From Blasia pusilla (Eukaryota): DNA of 64,000 bases. Positions 35,508 to 48,165 of this stretch are shown here, piece after piece. A program made the position numbers and the translations under genes. The DNA lies in the NCBI GenBank assembly GCA_050084515.1, contig CM114271.1:39122001-39186000 (forward strand), in the 5' to 3' direction. Below the pieces are notes generated by a model that was not told where the DNA came from, made no database searches, and saw only the letters and a list, made by a program, of their open reading frames with translations. Positions within the stretch are counted from its first letter, which is position 1, and each line of letters begins with the position of its first letter.

Positions 35508-36933
35508 GGAGGTGGATGGACTGAAAGTATGTCCTGAACGTCTAAACTGAGTACCGATCATTTAATGACGAGCTAATGAGAAGAAAGTCACTTTACAACG
35601 TAGTCACCCTCAAATGGAGAAGTAGGCCGTTTTTATTTTAGAAACAAATAGTGAAAATACCTCACGACCTCTACATCGCCCTATTGGATGTTTGAGTTGG
35701 AAGGGGAATTCCTGTATACAACCACAACTTACCCACCTATCCTCTCTCTTGGAAGTACCTATTTGATACACTTTAAGAGGATATCTCATGTTAACTAGTG
35801 TGCGGCCCTCGAGAGGGGGAGGGAGAAATTAGTTATTGAACTTGTGTGAAGGCATGTGGATAAGCTAGATGATGAAAAAACACACACGGAGTATATGTAA
35901 GGGCAAACGTCCGTAAGACCATAATTACATGGCCTTTCAACTAGAACTAAATTGGAAGGTCAAATTAGATCACAATAGTATTTTCCATCAATCAACTATA
36001 GCAAATTAATTTGTTTGGTATCATGGAATTTTCATATTTTACTTTTTGTACGCATATTGTATGCGGGAGGTGCTACTTGGACTAGTACCCTTTACAAGAA
36101 AACTTATCGACAGCTTTCTCTCTTTGATTCTTAAGAACCGATACGACAAGCAACCTTTGTTTCCCCGTGGTAAGCCATAAAAATCCTAAGAACCCGTATG
36201 ACACGTCCCATAACAAGATACCGAGTTCAAAATCCTACGCTGTAAACAGTCCAACGGCGTGAGGTAGTGAGCCCGTAGGATGAGTTTAGACAAGCAGATC
36301 GTCGCAGGCGTTTGCTGTCGGTCGGGAAACGAGCCGGCAAAAATCCACGGCGCCGTCGACCGACCGACCGACCGTGGGCTACCTGTCTTGCTGCCCTAGA
36401 GTCTAGAGGCCGTCCGAGTCCGCTTTACAGTGGAGCCCTCGCGCGCTCCCAAGCGTAGTGAGTTCGTGACTGCCAGGCTGTCGGCTCGTGGTTGGTCCTG
36501 GTGTTCCGTCAGGGCAGCATTTATGGTATTGATCCTTGTCTCTGACGTGGATTCTGACTGTCATGCAAAGCTGGCCACCTGGCCGCTGTGGGACACTTGG
36601 TGCAGAGCGGTGTCACTTCTTCTGTTTGAGCCCCAGCGCGCACTCGTTCTAGTGCGTCTAGGGCTTTCGTGGAGGCTTTCCCTTGTTACATTTCCCCTTC
36701 GTTAGCATACAACTTTCATGCCCTTTCGTTTTCACTTTTCATAGTTTGGGTTAATTGTTAGTTGAAAGGTGAAGGTGAGGACGTGTGAAATCTGATTGCT
36801 ACCTTGTCTACCTTATATCAGTTTAGTCGTACTTGGTGACTTCAAATTGGAGGACGGTGTATCTTGAGGTTATGCATGAGAGTGATGATATATTTCAAAT
36901 GTTATTAAGAGATGTTTATAAACTATGCCCTAA

Positions 36934-37089
36934 TCTATATTATTATAAGAGGATGGGGTTTGAGAAAACCCTTCCTCTCCTCACGGCACGCAAGCTTTTC
37001 AAGCCGCTTCCCCTTAGGACACGTGTCTAACAACACTTCAATTTCATTTTGGATGTTGTTCACCCATGCTGCGCACGGGCACCGACTAG
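36934..37089 (+). mobile_element. Mini (non-autonomous) Helitron, 156 bp
   Basis: A|TCTATATTATT...cccatgc-tgc-gcacggg caccga CTAG|T: canonical ends and A/T target site. Confidence 0.8.
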
Positions 37090-39954
37090 TAGTAGTAATA
37101 ATAATAGTAATAATGATAATAATTACTACGTTTGTGCTCCTACATTGCATTGGGATCCTCTTACCCTACAGAGAATGGCCATTCATTTTGATTCCTTTGG
37201 TCCTAGTTTGTAAGTCCTACCTCCCATAGACATCCCTTTATGGAGGAAAATGACGTCTCAAATAATGGGAAGTAAGTCCTTGGATGTCTCCGAGGATATT
37301 GACCGTAGAAGAAGGACGGTATTTCTCTAGGTCAGAGGGTACATCATTTTATATGTTCCGTAATTTTCACGTGACATGAAGTAAATAAAGGGGGAACATG
37401 TCTCTTCGTTCGATTGTTAGAGGCTGAACGTCTACCTCTTTCGGCACCCCGCACTTGACCTGACGTGAAGCCGTAAATAAAACCAAGGACAAGACATCCA
37501 AACTTACAGACACAAATTTGAGATGCCGTAATGGAGAGAGTTGGAGGACAATAAAGAAATTTCTTCTGGTCATCTCATCTCCCATGCCCCGACGAAATTT
37601 TATTCTTTATCTTTCCTCCCTCTCATTGAAAATTTAACATTTAAAAGTTTTTCCAATTTATAAACCATCTCTTGTTGAAAAATTTATCATTTTCTCTTCC
37701 TCTATTAAAAGTTAAAATTGATTTCTCTTCCCTTCCTCTCTTTAAAATAAAAATAAAAAATCCTTATAATTTCTTTTTTTGTGTGGAAAATTTATTATTT
37801 AAAAATTAATTTTATTTTTTGAAAATTGATTGCTTTCTCTCTTTCCCTTTCCTAATAAACATTCACGGTTATATCTATTCCCCTCATCTATTGAGAATAA
37901 AAAAGAAAATTCTTTATAAAGCTCCTCCTTGTCAAAAGTTTATTCTCCCCCTACTAGAAATTAAACCTTTTATCTACTCCCCTCGTCTATTAAAATTAAA
38001 AATAATCCTTTTTTTCAAGCCCTCTCTTATGATAAAATTATCTTTTTTCCCTCTCCTCTACCCCATTAAAAGCTTAAAATTCAACCATTTATCCCTTTCT
38101 TTACTCCTCTTGCATTTGAAAAATTTGGCCCTATGATCCTTATCTCTTCTCCCCTCATATATTGAAATAAAAATTTTAACACATGAAATTCTCCATTCTC
38201 GAAAATTTCTCCCTTTCTCTTTTCCTCTTTCCCATTCTCTCTTTATCTTTCTTCCTTGTCTCTATTGAAAATCAAAGCCTTTAGATAGTGTGAAGCTCCC
38301 ATTTGTGGAAAAAAAATCCTCCCTTTCCCCTCCTTTAAATAAAATTAATCATTTCCTTATGAATCATAGACATGTGTAATAAGAAGAAATTTTGCGATTG
38401 TATCAAGTGTTAATCAAGTTAATAAAATAGATGCAACATGTTGAGGAACTCATAGAGATTGATCGCCCTTACGTTTCTTAAGGGACATCAATATCTTTGT
38501 GAGAATTATGTTCATGATACTTTATAAAAAAATTTGCAATATTGAGCACCCCTCAATGCTTTCATAATCCCCTATCAGTTTTAGTCGGCTAGATCTACTA
38601 ACAATGTAGATCTAGACAAACATTATTTGGTGAGGCAATGGTGACACTTACCATATTTTTAGGGAGTTGATTTTTGGTGTTGTCAAATCTGTTTCGAAAG
38701 TTGACTTGGATTGGCAATGGAGCACAAGACATCCTCCATTCTACCTTGAATAGTAGTAGCAATCCTAAGTCAGGCATACTTCCTAACAACATCCAACTAT
38801 TTTGTTTTACTCTTGAAGTATGAACTTGTGGAGAGCTATTCCCACTATTCTATGCATGATACTCTCATATAGAAACTCGATCATAACTTCTGTCATAATG
38901 TGCTAAATCAATTTATTCTTAATATTGAAATTGTAGACTCTCAAACTGTTTTTAATAAATAAATAAATAAATAAATAAGTAAATAAAAATAAATATCATT
39001 TAATTGTAGGTATGAAACTTATGCATGACAAATCTAAGTCCCCTCCTTTCCACCAAAATTCATTGAAAATTCATCATCTCAGCTTCCGCTTCGAATACAA
39101 TAGCACAGCCTTCATGTAGCTATGAGTGATATCAACGAATTACTTTCATTTGCGATTTTGCTAGGTATCTAGGGTTGCAAATATCATACCTGGAGTCTAC
39201 TGTACTATTTGTGAGGATGTTGGCAAAACTCCTCATTTCTACAAAATGCATGCAACAAGAGCCGATTCATTCACAATTATCGAATGCAGTAGAGGTCGAC
39301 TAGACTCAGAAGTTTGCTAACCTGCAATTCTTGTGGGTCTGCAGAGCTTCCCTCGGGTGATGTATTGGAGAATCTATGACCATTGAGTGGGACACACCAA
39401 ATGGGTTGAGATTTGTTTCGAATTCACGAAGCTTTCACACACAGTAAGGCTCACCAGCGAAATGGCGGTACATATCACGAAGTTTCACACTGCAATCGGA
39501 ATTGAACTCCAGATTGTTACATTTCTGAGTTCATGGCGATGGGAAAGGTGAACTTACGTGTATCCTTCCCGAATCTGTCGAGTTCCATGCAATGAACGAC
39601 ACATAAATTCAGTCAGAAATCGGAAGACGCTTCTCTCTCAACACAACAACAAGCTTTGTTGTCGCCGTCCTAATGATTGCTGATCACTCTGACTGCTTAT
39701 AGAGGAAGTCGGAGAGAAACTTCAGTAAATGACTTCCCTCATCGAAATCTGGGGAGACTTGTAGGATATGAAGGCGAATGCATGCAACTGGGGTATGGTT
39801 CTGTGTAGCGTAAGGGATGAATGAAATAGGCGATTTGTTGTCCAGGGGGATCCAGAGAGGATCATGGGACTTTGATTTGCAAATTAGGCGATAATTGAGC
39901 AGGAAGAGCACAACACAGAGGACCTATGAAGTCATCTGGTCCAGGTGGTGCTCT

Positions 39955-40115
39955 CCAGCTTTCACATACCTGTGTCAGAATTTAGCCATGACGATAGGGC
40001 CTTTGAAAAAATCAGGGAACTCCACTCTGACGGCATCGTGCATATTGCAAGCGGAAAGAAAGTGCTCTTCATCATCCAGAATTTCTGAGCTACAATGTGT
40101 ACACAATCTATCGTA
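39955..40115 (-). mobile_element. LINE C-terminal CCHC finger remnant
   Basis: YDRLCTHCSSEILDDEEHFLSACNMHDAVR; same motif type as 12961-13035. Confidence 0.6.
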
Positions 40116-42639
40116 CCTTTTTGTTTGCGGAGGAGGAGGAAGAAGACTAAGATCATCTCTAGGTTTGGGAAGAGCAGGAGATCCTCCACAAGTCCACCGA
40201 AACCTATCCGACTTATAAGTCCCAGATGAGGGACGTTCACATCAAGAAACTGCCGGGACAGACCACAGTAAGGTCGACAATGTGACGAGATTCCTCCACT
40301 CCTACGCCATCACATCTGAACAAAATCTCTTTGTCATTATGCGCACAATGCGCACCTCACTAGAAAAGAAAAGACTCGAAGCTGTGAAGTTGAAAACATT
40401 TGCCACGAACTGCAAAGGTTGGAGCGCAAGCCAAATTTGGAGTGAATCCACTGGAGGATAGACGTGGACTCACCAAGTTGAAATGAAGGAAACATATCGA
40501 CGCAATGGTTCCCTATCGCAGCCATAAAGTGCTGGTAAGCACCATGTGGATCCAAAAGGAGGCCAGTGAAGCAGACCCCATCTTAGATTAAAAAGATCTA
40601 ACAGATTTTGAGTGCAACAAAGCTCCGCAGAATGCCTGAAGTATGGGCGAGAAATCAAGAGAAATAGTTTGTGGATACTGTAACTAAAGCAGGTGAAGAG
40701 CCCTCACAGCTTTGAGGAGACAACCATAAAAATGAGACCTTACTCTTCTGAAATGTGTGTCCGGAACCCACACAACAATCTATGGGGATCTCTTTGTTTG
40801 GGAACCAAGAGCAAATTCAGGTCAGGGGAGGTTCATTTAAACCAGAAAAAGAGCAGGATGGGAACAAAATCAAAGTCCTAAACACTATGACAGTTGGGAT
40901 GAACCCTTTCGCCATACGATCACCTATGCTAAAGTTCAGAGTAGAAAGAGAGACAAACTACGACTGAGAGTGGTAGGCTTCTACCACCAGAGCTGTTTGT
41001 CACATTCAGTAGCCTAGATTCACTGCCCACAGCTGACGCGTGACGTATTTTAGGCACCTCAATCAGGTAAGGTTGTAAAGCATTTCTTGACTTAAAAACT
41101 GGAGCAACACTCTGTCTGGTTAGCACTCACACCCTGTTACTAGCACCGTCAAAAGTAGATAATGCGTTACTCACTAAGACCCTACATCTACCTTGAGCAG
41201 CTGTTACCAAACGTGGTGTCCTCTGCCTACACCTCTATACTCTGTCCGCTTCTTGAACACATCTTCCCTACCATCGTAGCATCCAGAGTGTGCTGATTAG
41301 TGGGCTGGTGTAATTTCGCTGCCAACCATAGTTGGCTTATCCTACTCACTATGTACAGTTGCATAATGTTGCTTGGCGCAACATTCGGATTCATCTTCTT
41401 TCTCCTTCAGCGAAGCTGCAAAGTCGATCTATTCAATCAAATGAGGATTTCTGTCTTGCCTCGTAACATACTCGTACACCACAAGGCCCTTTCCTTCTAT
41501 CTCGGGTGCTCGCTACTTTTCCGGCGTCACTCTTCAAACAGTGAAAGAGACTGTTGTTCGTGATTGTTGCTGACACTTCGCTCAATGCTGTAAGTCCCGA
41601 ATCACGTCGCCGTGCGTTCAGCGAATCACGAATACGGTGGTTCCCTATCCCTTCACCAAATCGGACATTTGTCACTCTTCATGCACGTGTCAGGAATCCG
41701 AGTTTCCGCTACGGATCCTCAATAAGTTAGCCACCCGACATTGATCCATTTTGTAAAATTTATAAGAACTTCTTTGGATATCGCTGACTTTCGTGAATCG
41801 ATGGCCCTCTGGCCTGAGACTGTCAATCAGAATTCGTGTTTTCCGTCGCAATTCTTCCAGCGTGCTTTTCCTCGCTACCTCAACACATATCTTTGGCATT
41901 CCACTTCCGATCACCAATTTGAGATGATTAGAGGTATTGTAAAGGGAGTCCCGTGTGTGTATATTGTCAACTCGTCACGAGACATGAACTCAAGCAGTCA
42001 ACTCAAACTAATAGCACAGTGTCGGTACGCGGACGACCAATCCGTCCTTCCCACAATTACTCAAAAACGCGAAGGTAGTACCATTGACTTTCCTCGGCCG
42101 CCGCGTCGGATTCGATATATGCTGTAATGTTCTCATAACCGAAGCCCATAGTTTGTCCCGGAAACGCATTGAAGGCGCTCATAACCACATGAGATTCCTC
42201 CAAAATGTGCCATTGTACTCCCGACTTTCGATCTCCATATACCTCCGATCCAATTCAATCCAGGCAGGTCTGTTCACTTTCAGAATGCCAAAAGCATGGG
42301 TTGACTCGAATCTTCTCACTGCCTTCCTATTCACGCTCTCAGTTCCAATAGCGGAGAAGAATAGGAGACGTTTCCGTCGCGTAACCCCGTCCCCACCCCC
42401 ACCGTGTGTAGATAGGGCTGCGATTAGAATCTGTTATCCTATATGAAATCTCTCTCTCACGATTTCGTAAACCTCATTCGGAGGAACGGGTTAGTAAGTT
42501 AGAAGTGGAGGAGAGTTTTCGAACGATGGAAAGGATTGGTTGATGCCATACATGATAATTAGAGAAATTGATTCATAATGCTATGGTGGAATAAAGAAAA
42601 CCTTATTATATAATCATCATGTAGGAAATATAAGAGGCA

Positions 42640-44001
42640 TTGTTTTAGGTATAACAACACTATTATTATTAAACGGAGGGCGTATAACACACTCACGCTT
42701 CGGGATTCCTATGGATCTTGATGAAAATTCTTCTTGCGGAATACGTGTCAATAGTGACGCGACACGTGTGATATGAAAGATTCAACTTATTACATGGGAT
42801 GATGCACCTATGATTCATCGCCATGCGTTTGATGTCGTGAATCGTACCTTGAAAGATATTATGGAAGTGAGGGATGTGCTATTTGGGAATAAGTTCATTA
42901 TGTTTGGTGATGATTTTTGTTAAGTTTAACTTGTTATTTGTCATGAGGATTGTTCAAAAAATTATTCAAGCCACTTTAAAGAAATCATTCTTTGGGAGAT
43001 GATTTCATTCAACTATCGTTTGAGATGGTTCTTCGCAGTAATAATATAAATGATCTTATTGATATTATATATGGGACTCATCATCAACGGTTTCATAATA
43101 TCAAAATTTTGAGAGATACAACTATTCTCACACCGAGAAATAAAGATATTGATGATATAAATTCGGAAGTTTTGTCTCGATTTTATGGAGAGGCAATTAT
43201 CATTACTCTTAATGTTGATTCTTTTAATGATTATATATTACTTCAAGAAATAATCCTATTGAGGAGACTTTTTGGGACAATTTCCTCTAACAAGTATGTG
43301 TTATGTACAAGAGCATACTTACCTTAGCGTTGACACTCTTCCAAACGAGGGAATGAGCTATATTTATCCAACTGAATTCTTGAATACATGCTTACCTTCT
43401 AAAGTACCCCCACATTTTTTGAGTTTGAAGGTTGGTGCACCAATCAAGCTTCTATGAAACATGAACGGACAAGCAAATGACACTCGATTGATCATTCGTG
43501 AATTCATGCAACATATTATAGATGGTAAAATTATTACGAGGAAGAACATAAGAAATCGAGTTTTCATTCCGCGCATCCCATTGATTGCTTCCGACTCGGA
43601 CTTGTCTTTTGATTTACGTAGATTGCAATTCCTTATTTGTCTTGCTTTTGCCATGATTATTAATAAATCGCAAGGTTAGACTTTGCAAAAGGTTGGAATT
43701 TACTTACCTTCGTATGTATTTTCTCATGACTAACTATATATGTGGCATTATCTAGAGTAGGACAAAAGAATTCAATTCATATTATGATTGGCAATGATAC
43801 ACACTCAAATGAGAAAGATGACTACACCAAGAATGGAGTCTATAAGGAAATCCTTGCATGAAATAAACTACTCATTTTTTTAAATGACACGAGATGAAGA
43901 TATTTGAAAAAATGATATATTTTTTCAATTCTCAATTAATTCTAAAATTAATTTTCTAAAAAATATTTATATACCTGTGCATTGCACGAGCACCTTAATA
44001 G
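42640..44001 (+). mobile_element. Helitron 3' remnant: PIF1-type helicase pseudogene plus terminal hairpin
   Basis: GGRITHSRFGIP, LITWDDAPM, FGNKFIMFGDDF, ILTPRNKDIDDIN, PPHFLSLKVGAPIKLL, AFAMIINKSQG*TL..VGI and YVALSRV, with many stops and frameshifts. 3' end cctgtgc-att-gcacgag...ATAG|T at ~43974-44002. Confidence 0.88.
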
Positions 44002-44273
44002 TAAGACTGGAAAGTGGAGCCTCCCAGTCCTTTGGGGTCTCATGTTCTGCCATTCTTTCGCTCTATCGTTTAAAGCAATTATTTTTCTCAATTATGACTT
44101 TTTGTAATGATGTAATTTAAGATATAGTGCACCGATTCCTATTTAAATATTCAGATACAAATCTCTTTCCGCAAAGGAGGAGCATCCTCCACATTTATTA
44201 ATTTGGATTGGAAGGGATAATGGGACACACGGATCCTATAATGGCTCAGTATGACAAAAGTATTTCTTAGAAA

Positions 44274-44419
44274 CTAATTAGTGCCCGTACAAATATGCCC
44301 CCTCCCGTATGTATGCACGCCCGTGCATATACTCCCTTATAAAATATGTGATGGTTTAGGGTGACACGTGTCATGCTTTGCAGGTGTCGCCATGTCATAC
44401 TCGTCAATTATAGTATAGA
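44274..44419 (-). mobile_element. Mini Helitron
   Basis: Minus strand A|TCTATACTATAA...gtacgggcactaa TTAG|T. Confidence 0.55.
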
Positions 44420-44701
44420 TTTAGTGACACTTGTCACACCGAGGAGAATTGGAAAAAAATTGCATGCTCACATCAAGACCGTGCTCTCCACTGGGGTACC
44501 TAGCAATCTTATTGTGAGGATAGTAACAATACATCCTAGAGCATTTTCTTACGCACGTGATAGGGGTTATATGAAAAGTGCCCCTTGGAAAATTCCAAAT
44601 GAGAAATTTGTATGTTATGAAGAAAAAGACAAAAATATGTAACCCAATGACACTTGGCAGCCATTCAAAGTTTGAAGTAGAGAAGAGGTAAACACGAATA
44701 A

Positions 44702-44825
44702 TCCTCATAATAAAAAGAGGATTGGGTTTGAGGAAACCCTCCTTAGGTGTTGACACCCTTCCTCTAAGGGCTCCTACAATGTCTACGGAGTTGATTTAAG
44801 GAGAAATAATACGGGCACATGCTAA
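44702..44825 (+). mobile_element. Mini Helitron, family of 36934-37089
   Basis: A|TCCTCATAATAAAAAGAGGATTGGGTTTGAGGAAACCC matches the 5' end of the 36934 element; ends acgggcacatg CTAA|T. Confidence 0.6.
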
Positions 44826-44829
44826 TAGA

Positions 44830-45052
44830 TCTATATATATAGTTATGCAAGCATTCCCTCTCTCCATCCATTTAATTTGTCCACATGTCCTATTCACATG
44901 TTTTGTAATTCTTTTCTTCCCACCCTAGTCCAAGTGCCCCACACTGGTTTTAACCGCTCCTCTGTTTAAAAAATACACTGGGAATCATACGGGGATTGGT
45001 AATTGAAACCTGAATTAAACAGCGATCCGTGCATGACACGATAGCTCACTAA
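44830..45052 (+). mobile_element. Probable mini Helitron
   Basis: A|TCTATATATATAG start and ccgtg-catga-cacga...CTAA end. Confidence 0.45.
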
Positions 45053-47856
45053 CCTTGCCGATTAATCATTCAATTTCCGCACCACACACGAAGGTTCGAG
45101 GATGGGTTTCCCATTAAGAATTCATATATATGTATTATTATAACATAAAATTATAAAATAAAATGATATTACTATAGTACGACTTACAAGTATTTACAAT
45201 ATAAAACAATTCACCCTAATATTGTGTGCGAATCGGCGCGATGTGTCGGGTCCACTCGAGAGTATCCTTCTACTTCGTTGACTTAATACCAACCGAATAA
45301 AAGACGAAATTTTCCCCCACGCAGACACCACATGTGACTTGTTTTGCCACTTGATAAATAATGACCTTAAGGGACCGTGCGATCCACGGATCCCTTGTTG
45401 ATAGTTCAAGTTTAAACGCACCTCTCCTTACCAATCTTTATACGACCCCTTAAATGACCTAAAGTATTTGTCAAAGAAGTCCAATGACACGTACCCCCCA
45501 AAATAGCCAGACGACATGACATATCCTCTGGCTCGATCTTTTCTTCAGCAACTGCGAGGAAAGAAGGAAAGTGGGAGCTAATCTTTTCTGGTCTCGTTGT
45601 AGCCTTCAGGTTTCGACTCTTTGTACTTCCGATGGGTTTTCCATCACACGTTTTTTTCGAAGTGCATCATTATAAAAAAGCTAATCGCGCAGAAGGAGTG
45701 GGACGGAACATGAGACCCCAACGGACTGGGAGAGATTCCTCCAGAGCCTCCTTCATTATCTTGTCTACGTCTGCGAAAAACCGCTACATCTGCCAGAAAC
45801 ATGTGCCGATCAGTTCCTCTCGACTCGCGATCTCCCGATCGTGCACTACCTCCGATCCACTTCATTCAGAATGCCGATGCGATGGACTGACTCGAATCTC
45901 CTGATCGCCCTCCGATCCGCGCTCTCGCTACCAGAAGCAGGAGACAATACGAAGCGCTTCGGTCTTCCGTATTCTCTCGCGCTCAGGGCTCCATACAACC
46001 GATTTCCGTGATCTTGCCTTTCGGTGATCCTCACTCAATGTGTCCGGGCAATAACTCACGCCGTACATTCTCTCTCTGTCAGGATATCGTAAACGAGTCC
46101 AAACATATCGTATCGTACCCACAAATAACAATAATTCTGTCAGTCGGTGGCGGGGCTCAGTCCTCAGGAGTCTCGCAGTCTCACTGCGAAATTCACTCTT
46201 GCTATTCCTCATTATACATACACTCGTCACTTTTCGTCTTCTCATCTAGAGGTTAATCGAAGGGGGAGATCTTGGCTTTCGAGTAAATTTATGTGGTCAC
46301 GATAAAAAATTTCTCGAAAACATTTTCTTCTTGCATTCTTGAATACTCTTCTTTTGAGTTGTTATTATCTTTTTTTTCCTCTTCTCAAATTTCTTTTATA
46401 ATAAAGTGGATATATTTTTCTCTCTCAAAACTGTTGTCCATAGATGAGTTATTTCTTTGCAGATAATATCTGTGAAAGTTGTCTCGTAAGCCTAAACATG
46501 GCACCGGTGGTAGATTTCCCTTAAATAACATCCCCGTTAACCACAAGGGCTCTTAAGTGGACAGGTGTCAACAAAAGAATAGCCAAAAAGAAGGATAGAT
46601 GTTAACATTTGAAGAAGATCCTGTGTAATACTCATATATATTACAATTTCTGGCTGTAAGATACCCATATTATATAACGGTTATGGGGAAAAACTCCATT
46701 GACCCCCTGGGTACAAGTATCTAATTTCCGTGCATAAGCATCCACGTTGAGTTTAGATTGTTCTTCACCATTGAAGTTGATGTTAGGCCTTCAGCTTTGG
46801 CGGATTCATCATTACTGCTGGTTATTATCTATACGACTAGTTGGTGCCGTGCCATTCAAAATAGTGTATAATTTTGAATTATTCATCCAAAGTGTACAAT
46901 TTAATTTGAGCTATTCAATTGGCTTAAAAAATCAGTGATTCTATTGGTTGAAAAGGCATATGTCAAGAGGAGAGGTAATTTCAAAATGAAGAGGCACTCT
47001 CCAATAGTAAGATACATTATTGGGATTACCTCCTCTTTTAGTTTAACTCTAAATAGTCGCAAAGTATCTTGGATTTTGGGTTAGGTGAGTGTCCTCTTCT
47101 TATCGGGTTTCGTTCTAAATAAATTCCATAGTCCATTTGATTTGAGAAGCTTTCATAAATGAAAAAAAAGAATGGTGACTGATTTTTTTAAGTGTGAAAT
47201 TTTTGCAACATTAATATTTAAGGTGTTTGGTGCTCATTCGCATTGTAGGCAAGTTTTCAATAAGTTTGAAACGAGTGTCAAAAGATTAATCACAAGAAAA
47301 ATATTTATAGATAATTCTTAGTATCCTACTAACCAAAAAAAAAATGAATGCACAATTTAGTTACTTAGGATATGACATGGCTCTCTAGTTTGAAGCCTCC
47401 TTTATTAAATGAAAAAAAGCCTCACATCTTTAGAATATATGTTGTCAAGATAGTAAGGCTCTTCATGTGAATGGAAGTTCACACTCACTTAAAGAAGTGA
47501 AGCTTTCAAGAAGGTTTTTTTACATATACCATTAGATTTTATGAAAATCGATTGAGTGCATCTCACGGGCGGGAAAATATAGTATTATTTTGGGTAGATG
47601 CTTGTGGAGGAAACTCCATTTTAGACCTTAGAACCCAATGTATTTAAGGGCTACTGTTAATCTCCATTGAACTTCAATAACCGTTTCATGTAATGCTTCT
47701 TTTCTTTTCTTTCCAAGGTGTTGGAAGGTGATAGGACTATTCCATAGGAACCTCTTGTGAGAGTTATTTTTTTCATCTCTTTTTCTTTGGCGAGGAGTGA
47801 AAGTGGGAAGTTCTCCTCTAGGGAACTTTTCTTGTAACTTTTGCAAGTGTTAAGGG

Positions 47857-48165
47857 CAAGGTTTCATGTGGACAAAGTCAATGTCCGTGGACTTATGTGC
47901 GTCCTATGGAAGGACTTGTCCGTATGGGCCCCACCTTCCACTTCTTTCTCATTCCCCTTACTTGCCTTCGTGTTCCATAGTCCCCCGTTTCTTCCTCCCT
48001 TCACCTCCACTCCCTCCTCCCTCATTGCTCCCCTCATCCTTGCCTTGCCTTCCATCATGGACTAAAAGTGTGGGTCCCACCTCTTGGAACCCATGTCCGT
48101 GGACATGTCCAGACTTGTACGTTCATGTTTTTCCTAAGGAAGGACTTGTCAGTTTTTTGTCCTTG
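47857..48165. mobile_element. hAT-type MITE, same subfamily as 9183-9472
   Basis: Near-identical pyrimidine-rich interior (cttacttgccttcgtgttccata...cctccctcattgctcc). The right TIR is eroded and no TSD is recognisable. Confidence 0.8.

Noticed and set aside
38598-38792. IQVNFRNRF resembling a hAT dimerisation motif
   Set aside because: Too short, and the flanking ER.FS motif is absent.
41741-42127. ORF containing YADD (RT-like motif)
   Set aside because: There is no proper upstream PQG..SP motif or other RT blocks, so four residues alone are not enough.
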